Positions 27,850-40,575 of a DNA stretch of 64,000 bases are shown here, in pieces; the stretch's first letter is position 1; each line of letters begins with the position of its first letter. The notes beneath the pieces were generated by a model that ran no database searches, was not told where the DNA came from, and saw only the letters and a list, made by a program, of their open reading frames with translations. Origin of the DNA: the human T2T-CHM13v2.0 reference genome, Homo sapiens. The position numbers and the translations under genes were made by a program. The stretch lies in the NCBI RefSeq assembly GCF_009914755.1, contig NC_060926.1; one strand, written 5' to 3'.

Positions 27850-28385
27850 TGTTGCAGTCCCAGCAGAACACAGAATTCACCCCATTGGTTCAAATGAAGA
27901 GGATGTCATGAAGGGCTATAGTCACAGAAGTGTGTGCAGGGTTAAAGAGCAAACAAGGGACTCCAGCAGTGGAAAGTCATGTCCAGCTCTGGGCTGAAGG
28001 GATGAGAGAGGAACATAGTGTTTCATGAGGGCTCATAGCCAGTCCTGGGCTGAAGGGGTGGTAGAAGGAAGTAATGTTCCATGAGCACTTAGAGCTGCAG
28101 CCACAGAGAAGCAGGACCTGCCGGGGCCAGGGCTGTGGAAGGACACAGCTTTCACCAGAGATGCTGCAGTGAAGCACCCAAGGATTGGAGGGAACACCTC
28201 AACCTCCTGTTCCTCTCTCCCTCCAGTCTCATGCTAGTGCCTCCCACTGACAGAACCCAACCAAAAGTCACCTGGCACAGGACCCTGGGTGGTGCTGCCT
28301 TCAGGAGTCACCCTCCTGGAGCACAGAGCAAGGCCAATAATGGATCCAGTGCTGGTGGAGGTGAAGGGGCAAATGGAAAAACCCC
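27850..28385 (-). mobile_element. Ancient LTR (MamGypLTR-like, tentative)
   Basis: GTCCCAGCAGAACACAGAATTCACCCC..GGTTCAAATGAAGAG..GCAGGGTTAA and GGAGCACAGAGCAAGG..AATGGATC resemble this LTR group as I remember it. Confidence 0.5.
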
Positions 28386-28770
28386 AAACGAGAAAGAAAC
28401 AGACCAAAACAAACTATCACCATAATTGTGGAAGTTTGTTTCAGTAGCAGCACTAGGGACCCATTTAGTGGAATCTCAAGCATGGTTCATATTTCACACC
28501 CCTCTGGACTGCAGTCCAGAAAGGCCTTAAATATTGCATCCATTTTACCATGAAAACTGGGTCACAGTGGGAGAGCTGGGAGCTCCCGAAAGAGCACTCA
28601 GCACTGCCGAGATCGTGTCACAAGTCTGTGGGTGCTGTGCTTGCTCTGTGGCCATCTTTCTAGTCATCTTGTGTTAGCTCTGATTTTATTCTTTATAATA
28701 GCTGTTTCAGTTCTGCTCCAGCTCCTAACCCCACCCCTCCAGGTTTTGATGGAGGCATGTTTCTCATTTC

Positions 28771-29046
28771 TTTTTTTCTTTTTTTTAAAAATTATTATTT
28801 TTTCTTTTTCTTTTTTTTTATTATACTTTAAGTTCTAGGGTACATGTGCACAATGTGCAGGTTTGTTACATATGTATACATGTTCCATGTTGGTGTGCTG
28901 CACCCATTAACTCGTCATTTACATTAGTTATTCCTCCTAATGCTATCCCTCCCCCCTCCCCCCACCCCATGACAGGCCCTGGTGTGTGATGTCCCCCACC
29001 CTGTGTCCAAGTGTTCTCATTGTTCAATTCCCACCTGTGAGTGAGA
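28771..29046 (-). mobile_element. 5'-truncated primate L1PA (about PA4-PA6), 3' UTR only
   Basis: TTATTATACTTTAAGTTCTAGGGTACATGTGCAC...; perfect 16 bp TSD GCATGTTTCTCATTTC at 28755 and 29047. Confidence 0.97.
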
Positions 29047-29924
29047 GCATGTTTCTCATTTCAGTACATACTCAGGGCAGCTTGTCTGTGTAACCACATG
29101 GTCACCAGACAGCATTCCACAGGGCGGTTTCTCACTTTGGGGGCTGAGGGCCTCTGAACATTTATGGACTTTGGGGATTTGTGAGTCCTCTATACAGATT
29201 TTCACATGTTGCTTTTATTTGGATGGCAATAAAAATTTAAGATAGGCATATTCTGGATCATTTGGATGACTACCTTATAACTGAGTACTGTGACATGGTT
29301 TCCGTGTCTGCATCTACATTAGGTTTGTGTTCAAATTAGTGTCAAGCAGGACCACTTTCAATGTGGAGTGTTCTTAAGAAAAAATCACGGTAGATTTAGT
29401 TTGATCCCAGAGCACTGTTTACATTCAAAGAGCAAATGCCCACACAGAAGGCTGATGAAGAAAGGTTTCACAGTAGTTCCAGAAGGGAAGGTGGCAGGAG
29501 GATTCAGTCATCACATGGAACAGGAGTAAATGCTTGCTGAGCTCCAGAGAATCCATGCCACAGTGATCAGTACCATACAGCTCCTCATTTGGGCAGCAGC
29601 GTGGTTTCAGCAGAACATCATTCAGCATGTTAAATTAATCCTTTTAACTTAACTTGAATGCTATTGGCTTTATGGTTTTGGTTGTATTTATTTATGCATG
29701 TTCTGTGGTGTTGGTAGATGAAGGGTAGTATGTCTAAGGATTTTGGGCCTGGTTTTATGTTGATTGTTTTCTAAGTAACACCCTAATAATGATAATTAGA
29801 GTTAACATTATGGGAATTCAAGGGAAGATCTTTAAAAAAAGATCTGTACGTAACTAAAGTTGGACAATTACTACGCGGAGGAAAGGGCACTGAACTGATA
29901 ATTTTGGCCTTTGTGTCCTCTTCA

Positions 29925-30298
<374 letters not shown>

Positions 30299-30849
30299 TC
30301 ACCGCAAGAATTCGTGAAGTTTTGGATGATTTAGCAGCACATATTTAGGAAATGTAATACTCACCTGATGTTATCCAAGAAGGCCCCCCGGGCTCCTCTG
30401 CTGTATGCTTTTCTAGTTAAGGACCCACTCCTGTGGAATCCAAGGGCCATTCTTCCTATTTTTACTGTAACCAAACAGCATACTGAACTCTCATAGATAT
30501 TTACTCACTCATTTTCTGAAGTACTAATTCCCTTTGTTGAAAATATTAAAGAATGTCTTGTCCTTTTAATTCCTCACTGCACTAACCCCTCCAAGAATAT
30601 GGCTTATAAATACAACACTTCTTGGGGGATGCCAATATATAGTCCTTTCTGGGGCCGAGACCAACTACCTTGTAATTATCAATGACGGTTGTTCCACTGG
30701 GCAGAGAACATTATCTCCTCTTTGCATATAGCAGATAATTGTTATCAATGCTCAGGGCAATTATGTGCATGTGGAAAACCCACGTAAAGGTGTGTTTAGT
30801 GATAAGTGCGTGGTCTGTTTTTTTGGCAGGGGTTCTGAAACCCGTGATG

Positions 30850-31093
30850 TTAAGTGGGCATCACACGATACAACGAACAGGTGTGCATGCTGGAGTAGCT
30901 CAGCATTCTCAACTAGGGTTGTCCTCAGCAACCCACGAGAGTAGCATCACTTCTAACAGTCCTGAAGTTGCATTAGCCGGGCAACTATTAGCCGTTATTG
31001 CCACTGCTCACTAATCCCTCTAATGGAGTTCATCAGAAATAGAGCCCATGAAAATATTAGATAGTTCATAAATAATTTGGAACTGGCACTTAA
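30850..31093. other. Candidate ancient conserved repeat (MER121/UCON-like, unverified)
   Basis: Bounded by TTAAGTG...CACTTAA; internal palindromes; CpGs retained. Confidence 0.4.
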
Positions 31094-32089
31094 ATGTGTT
31101 ATGCATTTTTTTTCCCCGGCCAACAGACCTTTCTACTTGCTTGCTTTAGGATTACGTAAAAAGGAGCCCGAATTCTACAAGTTAGGTTCCAATTGCAGTG
31201 TTGCTCATCCCCAACTCTTTTCCCACCTCCCGCTCCCTGTACCAACCCCACTGTCCAAGTTATCAGGGAATGTGATGAAGAAATGGCCACAAGAAGCTTC
31301 TGTAGGTCATTTTCCTACAGCCCAACATTCAGGTAGACCCAGGCTCAGCAACCAGGTTACAAAGAAGCCTTTGAAGGATGATCTTCCTGTGATTTATTAT
31401 TTTCTAAGAAGCAAGTTGGTGTGGATCGATGTGGTCAGACTGCATCTAGCAGAAAAATTCCAGGAGGAAATTGGGTTCTCCCAGTCAAACAGAAACTTTT
31501 CATGTTGCCTCATTTCCGCCATCCCAAACCTCTGGATTGGTAAAACCCAGGAACTCAAACACATCTTACCTCCCAGTCAGTGCTGTAACATCACAAATCA
31601 CTAATCTCCAACCCTGTTTGCCAAAGTCAAACAACGCCTGGCCCCGACAAAGCCCTTCACAAACAAAGCCACACCTGGCCTGCAAGTTAGGATAAGTAGA
31701 TTACTCTCTAGACACAGCTGAAAGTTTAAGCTGCCAAAACACTCTTTCCTCTTCCTGGAGGGTTTTTCTTTGCTCTAAGCCCCTCTTCCACCCAGGGAAG
31801 CCACCCTGCCTCCAGGGGCCATGGAATTCTCTGGAGAATTTAATTCTGTCAGGAAACAAGTCAACCTCTCCCCCATCACAAATGTGGAGGACAGGCTTGG
31901 CTGGAGTGGATTAGGTTAGGAGGGAAAGTGGTGAGGAAGTCCTGGCTTGAGGTCTTGGTGGATTAGGTCTATGATACCACTTTCTCCCACTGTGAATAAA
32001 GTTGGTATCCTAACCCCATTTCCAAAGAACTCAGGCATCTTCGAGTACCTTAACTCCAATCACTCTCTCTTGAATTATATGCTATTGTT

Positions 32090-34135
32090 GCCTGATATTT
32101 TAGTTCTGACTCCTTTTACCACCACAGTGTAAATATTTTTTGTTTTACAGAGACGGTTTAAAAATACTCATTTAAGATTACCTACCTATATACCAACTTT
32201 TCTAATCCTTGACATTCCTTATCTCCTCCTTCCTAAAGTAAGGTCTTTAGATATTCTTTTGAAGTTTTGTTGATAGTAAACTCCTCTGTTTTTGTGTATA
32301 AGAAAATATATTTCTTTCTCATTCTTAAAAAATTTCTTCATTGGGTGTTCTAGTTAAGACTTATTTTCTCCTACCACTTTGAAGATAACTACTGTCAGTT
32401 TATAAGTAAATAAGTACAACTGACCCTTGAACTTGAGAAGAGATGCTTAAACTCTTCATAATTAAACAAATGCAAGTGAAAATGAAAAGAAGATAACTAC
32501 TATCTTCTGACTTCAGTGTGGCTGCTGAGAAATTAGCTGTCAGTCTAATTGCTGACCTCTTTTCTGGCTGCCTTCATAATATTGTGGTTGCTTTTGGTAT
32601 TCTGTAGTATCATTTCAATGTCTCTAGATGTGGAATATAGTTGACTCTCGGACAATGGTGGGCTTAGGGGTGCTGACCCCTCTGCATGGTTGAAAATCCA
32701 TGTATGATTTCTAACTCCCCCAAAACTTAACTACTTAATAGCCTACTGTTGGCCAGAAGCCTTACCAATAAACAGTCAATGCATACTTATTTTGTATGTT
32801 ATATGTATTATATGTTGTATTCTTACAATAAGGTGAGCCAGAGAAAAGAAAATGCTATTACAAAAATCATAAGGAAGAGAAAATATATTTACCATTGATA
32901 AAGTGAAAAGTACGGATAAAGGTCCTCATCCTTGTCATCTTTACATTGAGTCAGCTGAGGAGGAAAAGAAAGAGGAGGGGTGGGTCTTGCATCTCAAGGG
33001 TGGGAGAGGCAGAAGAAAATCCATGTATAAGTGTATCCACACAGTTCAAACCTGTGTCGTTCAAGGGTCAACCATGCTTTTGATTTCTTCTGCCTGGGAT
33101 ATAGGGTGTCTCTGCATCTTTGGATTGGTGTCTATCACCAGTTCTAGAGAAACCCTGGCCATTGTGTCACAAAATTACCTCTCCTCCATTCTCTATTCTC
33201 TCCTTCTAGGACGTCCATTAGACTTGTGTTCAACCTTTTTCTTCTGTGCTTCATGCCTCTTAATACCCTTTTAATAATTTCCATATCTTTATCTTTCTCT
33301 CTGTACTGCCTTCTGGTCATTTTTTTTTTTTCATAAGCTTTGTCAGGTCAGTAATTCTCTATTCAGCTATATAAATCTGTGGTTTAATCCGTCCATTGAG
33401 TTTTCAGTTTTAATGATTTTATACTGTTGTTGTTTTGTAATTCTCTATGGCTAGTTTGCAAATCTTTCTGGTCATTTTCTTAAAGTCTCTTTTTGTTTGT
33501 TCATTTTAATATTTCATATTTTATTATATGAAATATTTTATATATAGTAATATTCTATGTCTGAGAATACTGGATATTTGGTAATTGAGGGTGTAATTCT
33601 GTTGTTTATCATTTATGCTCACTCTCATTTACATTGTTTTGTTTTCTTATGTTTTGAGAAATTATTTGTGTGAGCTTATATTTGATAAAATTTAACAGTA
33701 TCGAGGGCTCAAACTGAGAACTTTCCTCCAGAGAAGATTGAAATTTCTTGTGTCCTGGAACTTGGGATCAGGACTGATCTGGGACTGCATTAGTAACCTT
33801 TAAGGATCTTGACTTATTGCCCAAGTCTCGGGTTCAGCTGCCCCACCATGGGAGGGTCCCAGCGCTCAGTCTCTGGTTCCAGAGGACTTAGCAGCACCTG
33901 CTTCCAGGGCTACCCTGACTTGTGTGTGTGCTTTCCACTTACTATTTTGATTTTATATTTCCTTCCTTTCCTCCCCTCTTCCTTGTATATATGTATGCAT
34001 GTGTGTATCTATGTACTTTCTTGGGACATTTTCTTTAATTTTTTGGTGGTCATAAATGCATTATAAGATTGTTGTATTTCCCCAGGATCCTGTTATACTG
34101 TAGCAGGAAGACCTTGCAGAATATGTGCTAGGAGC
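32090..34135 (-). mobile_element. Very old L1 (L1ME/HAL1-type) fragment, interrupted
   Basis: T-rich reverse L1 segments such as GCTGCTGAGAAATTAGCTGTCAGTCTAATTG and TTTAATCCGTCCATTGAGTTTT. Confidence 0.7.
32638..33073 (-). mobile_element. Tigger2a (MER28) DNA transposon
   Basis: TAGTTGACTCTCGGACAA...ACTCCCCCAAAACTTAACTAC...GTTCAAGGGTCAACCA; ~435 bp. Confidence 0.9.
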
Positions 34136-36139
34136 AGAAAAATGGATCTCTTATAGAATACCCCCAGTTCCTTGTCTCCTTTCAGTTACAGCTAACTTGG
34201 GCCTAAGTGTCAAATGAGACCTGGAACTACTCTACTCTTGGTTTATGGGGTATAATGGTGCCCTAATACCCAGCACAATTTCACATTCTACCTATTAATC
34301 TTTTTTGTTGGACTGATCACCTTGAGGTCATTGGCCAGAGATGTGTCTTCAAAATATAGTACTGCATAGGTAAATGATGATTTTTTTTTTAAAAAAGAAA
34401 CAAATTAGACCCCATATTTGGTTATTCAACTCGTTTAAAAGATGTTTTCAGCTAACATATATCATTTACATGATTTCTTAAAAGAAAAAACATAACCTAT
34501 TGCTTCTAAAATCTTTTTGTTTTTTCTTCTTGGAAATGATGTTGCCATCATTTGCTTCTTGAAAATCAAGCTTGAGTCTAATATTTCTTTTTGTACCTAG
34601 TCACATCTGTCATGTAACAAACTTTACTGGAATTGAATTGCATTTTCTAGATGGTTTGACAGAGACCTGGAAATGGCATTTAGGGATGTTCCATCAAATA
34701 GCATTTTAAATCTCCTGACAGGTCAGTCTTTAATTAGTAGAGCAGGTTATTTGGTTCAAATTATAGATCCAAATCATGGACTTTAGGGATACTTTCTGAA
34801 AACTGCTTCCTTGTTCTAGTTCTAATCATTGGCACTGCATTTGTTCCACATTACTGTTGAGCAGTTACTGTAATTAGATGAGAGAGTCTCACAAGGATGG
34901 AAGTTGGAGATAGAACTGGGTTTTATTTGGTGTTAATCAAGACAGTCTTTAGTGTTTTTGTCTCACCTGGATAGAGACTATTGAAAGAAATGTGTAAGGC
35001 ACTAAGCATTTCCTAATGAATGGTGGTAAGAGGGTCTTTGAATGTGAACATTTCCTAAATTTTATCTCTCAAAAAATAACCTTACAAAACAAGTCAAAAT
35101 TTCTTAGGGAAATTACAGAGCCTTTGTATCAACAAAATAGCAACAGGATGCATTGTAGAATGTTATGCATCTGTTCATTGCTCAGATGCATAAGGAATAC
35201 CAGTAAAGAACATATCACCTACTTTTTCTTTGCTTTTGAGAGACTGCTCTATTTTTTATCTTGCCTAGTGTTCTGATCCCCTTGGTTGTAACCATAAGAA
35301 AATCTGATGAGAATTATGTAGGCCATCTGCCCTAACTTCACAAATGAGAGAAAAGGAGACTTTACCTGGGGAACCTCATCTCTTTTCTGATGAAAAATGA
35401 TGAGTAACCCGTGATTGCTTGAAATACAATGTTGAATGGGTGAATAACAAAGGGCATGTGAGATTTGTGGGGTTGACTGCATGCTTCCTAAAACTCAGCA
35501 TATATGGCACATCCTTTAAACAGAAAAAGGTCCTCTGCTGGTTATCTGCCAGGGACATGCAAGGGAAGAATGACCAAAATCCATATGTTTAGGACAGTTC
35601 TTGAGAAAGTCATCTCCTATAGACTTTTAAGATGCTAATAAGAAAACAAATAAATTTAAGAGCTATAGCGGGTGAAGTTACTTAGGGTATAAATGATTTC
35701 GACAAGCTTGGGAATTTACAAAATATAGGAAGCAGGATGTTTCTTGAGAGTGTGGCCTAAAACACTTCGGACAAATGCCAGGCCTAGGCTAACCTCTGAA
35801 TATGTGTCCCAACCCATACTTTAGGGAACCCCTCCTCAAACTCTCTATCTGAAAATCTCATCTTTGGGATGGATGCAGTGAACTCCTTCCTGCTGAAGTA
35901 TAAATGACTAATAAGCTTTGTGGATTTCCTCCTCGTGGTTTATAACTGGAGATAATCTTTAAGTCAACGGAATGCAGCCTCAGTTGTGTACTAGCCAACT
36001 GTATCTCCTTGGAGGAAGTGGTGAGGAGTTCTAAGTGCTATTTAGAGTTATAGTGCTTTTCCTGTGGTGTATGCAGCATCCCCAGCTGCTGGTGCTAAGA
36101 TGAGGTAGGTAAGACTTATGGTGGACTTTATGCAGACTT

Positions 36140-36255
36140 CTTGATGGGGCTTTGTAGGCAGAGCAGAGAGCCTGTGTAACTCATCTTTGTATTGTTCATT
36201 TCTAATTCAATGCCTGGTGCAAGATAGAAACTCTGTAAGTATTGGCTGTTGAATG
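36140..36255 (+). mobile_element. L2 3' fragment
   Basis: CATCTTTGTATT...AATGCCTGGTGCAAGATAG...TGTTGAATG. Confidence 0.55.
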
Positions 36256-38294
36256 GAGGTCAGCCTGGGACCTGCCAACAAGGCGTGGTGTCTGGGAAGG
36301 AAGAAGGAGGAGGTATATACGCAGGTGCCTGGACTTCTGCTTCCACTTCATCCCAGGTCCTCACCTTTCGTCCAGGAGCCTGGGTACTGCAGGCTTTGTG
36401 CTCCAGTTAAGTGGGTACACCCCCCTCTTTCTGGTAGGCCCCTAAGAGGCCAACTTGACCAGAACGCTGAACGGCAGCTTTTCTCCCTCCAACTCTTAAG
36501 TCTCTGTGATTTTCTGAGCCTTGGATTCATCAGGACACAGAAGGAAGATTTGTTCCCCCATGAGGCTGTTGCTGAGGACAGTTTGTGCCAATCTACTGAT
36601 CTGTCCCCCAGCCTTTGCTCTTAAAATGGCAAATTTCCAGATGTATGACGTTTTTATTATTCTAGGGGAAAAAGCTCTTTAAATGCCTTTTGAAGGGGAG
36701 GAGAAGAGAAGTCGCTAGTTTAATTTGGACAGAGTGGTTTGGCTTGGGTCCTATAGCCATATCATAATGAGTCTTTATTTAGGCACACATCCATGGAGTA
36801 ATTAATCCAGGAGGGGCAAAAGCTAGTTTTTTATCTTAGGTACCTGACAAATTCTGTTTTATACCTGGAGGTAAAGTTGAAGATGCATGTTCACAACCAA
36901 AAACTTCTGCATCTAAAAGAGGGTATTAGGCCTTGTCCCACTAACTTACAGCAGAGCTGGATTAAGTGATTTTCTGTGACTGGGGAAAGGAGTGTTGACT
37001 GCATTCTCCTTCCTAATTCTTGCAGACACTAAAAATGTGTATCCATTCCATCTATGTCCTGCCAAATCTTTCTACCCAAGGACAAGAGGCCACTGTACAA
37101 AATCTGGTCTTTCTTGTACCTGGTTTGTGGTTAGGAAAGGTTATTGAGCCTAAGGATCTCTTTATGATGTGTCCCCAGCCTAAAACCCCCTACTTACTTA
37201 AAATCCCTTTATCCCAAATGTCTATAATATCAGTCATAATGATACCTTTTCATGTTCATTTGTTTAGATATGCCACACTTCTGCCTGCTGTTGGCAACCC
37301 TCCTGGACTAGGCTGCTCTTGTTAATCACATGGATGTTGTGAGTATTATATTCACAAGTGGATGTAGAGAAGATATTTTTATTTAACTATAAATGCTTAC
37401 CACATGAGCTACTCATGCTTCGCAAAAATATATTAAACATTTGTGATCTGGAGTTTCATTAATCTCAGGGATTATGCTGCTTGTTCATTGGTTAAATAAT
37501 GTGGTTTCAGTATCTTCCCCTAATCATATTGACTTTTTATGAAAGAACTTTTGACACAAAGCTGTGTCTCAGAATGTTTTGATGTAAAGGTAGCTGCTGA
37601 TCTTAATTTGCAATTGTGGATTCATTTCATCTTGTATGCTTTTATGTTATAGGTTCCTTAACGTTGCCAGCATGAAAGTGCTTCAGATGGCTTTGAGTCC
37701 TAATCTTGTGGTTCTGTTCACTGAAGATAAGCAGCAATTTTTTGATTATTTTATTTTCCTATGGATTGCCAATAGGTCTAAATAACCTCCTTAGTTGTAC
37801 TGGCAGGACCAAGTAAAAAGACAAGGGATGAAAAGGAGGGAAGGAAAAAAAGGAAAGAAAGAGAGAAAGAGCGAGGAAATATGAGAAAGAAAAAGAGGAG
37901 GGAAAGAGGAAAGAGAGAATTGTCTTGGGAAGGTGATATAGGCCACTAATTACTTTAGAGCTGCAAGCCTCCTGCACAATAATTTATTTGTAAGAAAGGG
38001 CCCATCTTCAGAATCCCAAAAGAAAGTATATACGTGGACCTGTGTGGTTGGTCAGCACCACTTCTCTCCTCCCTAAGTTTAATGATCAAAGGATGGAAAA
38101 GCTGTCAGATCCCTTCCTGGATCTTAAGTCAGTCTCTTGTGTGACTGACTTGAAGAGTCACAGTGAAAATTTCCAAACATAAAGCAAAGGACATCTGACC
38201 AGCAAAGTCTTTGGGAGCTAAAACAGAATGAGAGGCTAGAAAGAATTGATGATGAAAATACTTCTGTCAAAGAGAGAAGCATCTTAGAAAAGTC

Positions 38295-38460
38295 CACAGA
38301 ACCACAGAATCTTAGACAGCACTCTCAGGTGATCATTTTAGTCTTGTCATTTGTGCTTTATTTATGGAGAAACTGAGACCGGGAGAGGGGAAAAGACATG
38401 CCAAAGCTAACACAGTATGGGGCTGAGCAAAGCCATGCATCCTGGGTCCATGCTCCGTTT
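38295..38460 (-). mobile_element. MIR3/MIR SINE
   Basis: ACAGAATCTTAGA...ATGGAGAAACTGAGACCGGGAGAGGGGAA. Confidence 0.7.
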
Positions 38461-39562
38461 TTTAAAAGAAACACTCATAGGCAAGTCAGGGCTGGTTGCA
38501 TAGAATCAAATGAAATAGGGCAGACAGAATTTATTTCATTGAATGCTTAAAGAAGAGCCGTGCCTAGAATGAAGTTTATTTTTTTGAGGTTTTGAAAATG
38601 TAAATTTTCCAGGGCCATGCCAGATTCCCTGTGTGCAACAAATAGAAGCAGCATTCTAGATGGAACCCAGGGAGCCTGGGACAGATTTACAAAGGGTTCA
38701 TGTAGAAATGGACTCACCTTTCATGTACCATGATTTGGTTTCGGTTTGGGCAAAAGGAAAGGGACATAGAAAAGTACATAGTTTAATGACAAGTGGAACA
38801 TGATTGCTTAGGCCCTTTCTCTAGGAAAGGGGTTAGATGCAGCTCGATTTCTCAATCTCTGGCAGCTCTAGTGGGTGTGGGGCCAAAGCCCAACATTTTG
38901 GCTCCCTCTCCTTTTCTGCAGATGGAAGTGAAATGAACTCATTGGCAGCTACACACCAAGAAGGAGAAAGGCTTTGAAGCCTTTTTAGTGCTACTTAGCA
39001 AGGAGATGTACTGCTAAAGACTGGGGACAACTTATTTCCATTTTACAGATGTGCAGTTTGTTAACTGTGCTTGGCCCTGCCCCATTAAATTAGCTTTCCA
39101 CTCTTGGTAGCTTGTTGAATGAATTGCTAGGGCTCTGCTTCATTGCTGCTTGGCAGGCAGTTTAGTAGAACACTTTGGTAGCAAGCACCAACACAGAATT
39201 CTGAGACTTAGATTGTTTCAAAGTCTGTCCAAAGCTCTCAGTTTCTGGGAACTGATGCTATTATTTATTTACTTATTTAAAAATTTTTTTCTATGGTGCA
39301 TTTCATTGTAGCAACAGACCAAGAACAATTATGGATCAGGAACTGTAGTACTTATTTAATTATATTTCAGAGTTTTGTTTTTACTAGGTTCTAGATCTCC
39401 AGTGAATTATGTGGCCCACAGCCTCTCATTTCTATGTGCATCTGGGTTGCTTCCTCTTTAGCCAGACTTAAGATTTAAAGGGTCCCACAGACTCATATTC
39501 AGGAAATTGAATGTCTTTGGCTAGAGCGATTCTAAACTGCAAAGTAGTCTTGGGAAACTGGG

Positions 39563-39709
39563 CCTCTGTAGTCAGTTTAATGAGGTACTAAAACCCAGGA
39601 AAGGTACTAAGGCTCTGTGGTCAGTTTAATGAGGTACTAAGACCCAGGAAAAGTACTAAGCCTCTGTGGTTAGTTTAATGAGATACTAAGACCCAGGAAA
39701 GTTACTAAG
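39563..39709. repeat. Minisatellite, 3 copies of a 49 bp unit
   Basis: Consensus CCTCTGTGGTCAGTTTAATGAGGTACTAAGACCCAGGAAAGGTACTAAG at 39563, 39612 and 39661 with a few substitutions. Confidence 0.95.
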
Positions 39710-39785
39710 ACCCAGTGGTTATCAATAAAACAATATATTCATTAGTATAGTTTCATTGATAATTAGTGGATCTTAGTACCTTTCC
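39696..39785. repeat. Inverted repeat, 40 bp arms and 10 nt loop
   Basis: 39696-39735 matches the reverse complement of 39746-39785 at 33/40 positions. Confidence 0.9.
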
Positions 39786-40214
39786 TTCCTCCCTGTCCTT
39801 TGACTTTAGGTGCTGGAAAGGGAGGCAGTGTAGCCAGAGTAAATCTGTTTCACTTCAAGATCACAACTAGGCATTGGTATTGATTTCTCCTCCCTTTGGG
39901 AATATCTTAGAGAACAGTCTTGGGAACCATGCAGAGCTGGGCATCTTTCAAGAGTATTAGAACCACTAAGTCGAAATACATTCACATGTCGGCTTGTAAG
40001 GTATAATCCTAGATGTATTACTGCAAGATTAGCAGAACTTCTTGGCACTTGCTTCAGTTGGCTTTGACTTTTTGTAGAGTGCTTTTCTCTGCTAGAATCA
40101 GGGAGAAGGGAAGGTGAGAGAATGTTCTTTCTACCTTCATTCAGTGTACTTCAGTGTCAGTATGGAGATACACAGGAGAATGTGTGTGAGCTAAAAGAGT
40201 GAAATAAAGAAAAT

Positions 40215-40575
40215 CCATTTAGCAAATATTTATTGAATGCTTTCTTGGTGCCAGATGCTGTAGATACAGCAGTGAACAAGCCATGGTTCCTGTTCTCTGG
40301 GGATATGTTATATTGAGGGGAGAGGAAAGACCAACAAGCAATATATTTCTAGTGGTGGCAAGTGCTATGCGAAAACAAATAAATGAAGGAAGGAAGGTTA
40401 GGAAGAAGGAAGGAAGAGTAAGCAAAGCAAGCCAGCAGGGAAGGGGGCTGGGGAATGCTGGCGGTATTATTTTATGAAGTGTCGTTCTGAGAAGGGGACG
40501 TACAGCGGAGACCTGAAGAAAGGAGAGAGAGAGAGCCCCATGTACTTGAGCTGGAGAAGGATCAGGCAGAGGGCT
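40215..40575 (-). mobile_element. L2 fragment
   Basis: CAAATATTTATTGAATGC...GATACAGCAGTGAACAAG...GCGGAGACCTGAAG. Confidence 0.8.

Noticed and set aside
31077-31604. Longest ORF in the track (175 aa)
   Set aside because: Starts at TTG, has no recognisable domain, promoter or splice context; this length is plausible by chance in 64 kb of six-frame sequence
39563-39709. CRISPR-like array
   Set aside because: Direct tandem 49-mers with no unique spacers, in a mammalian context
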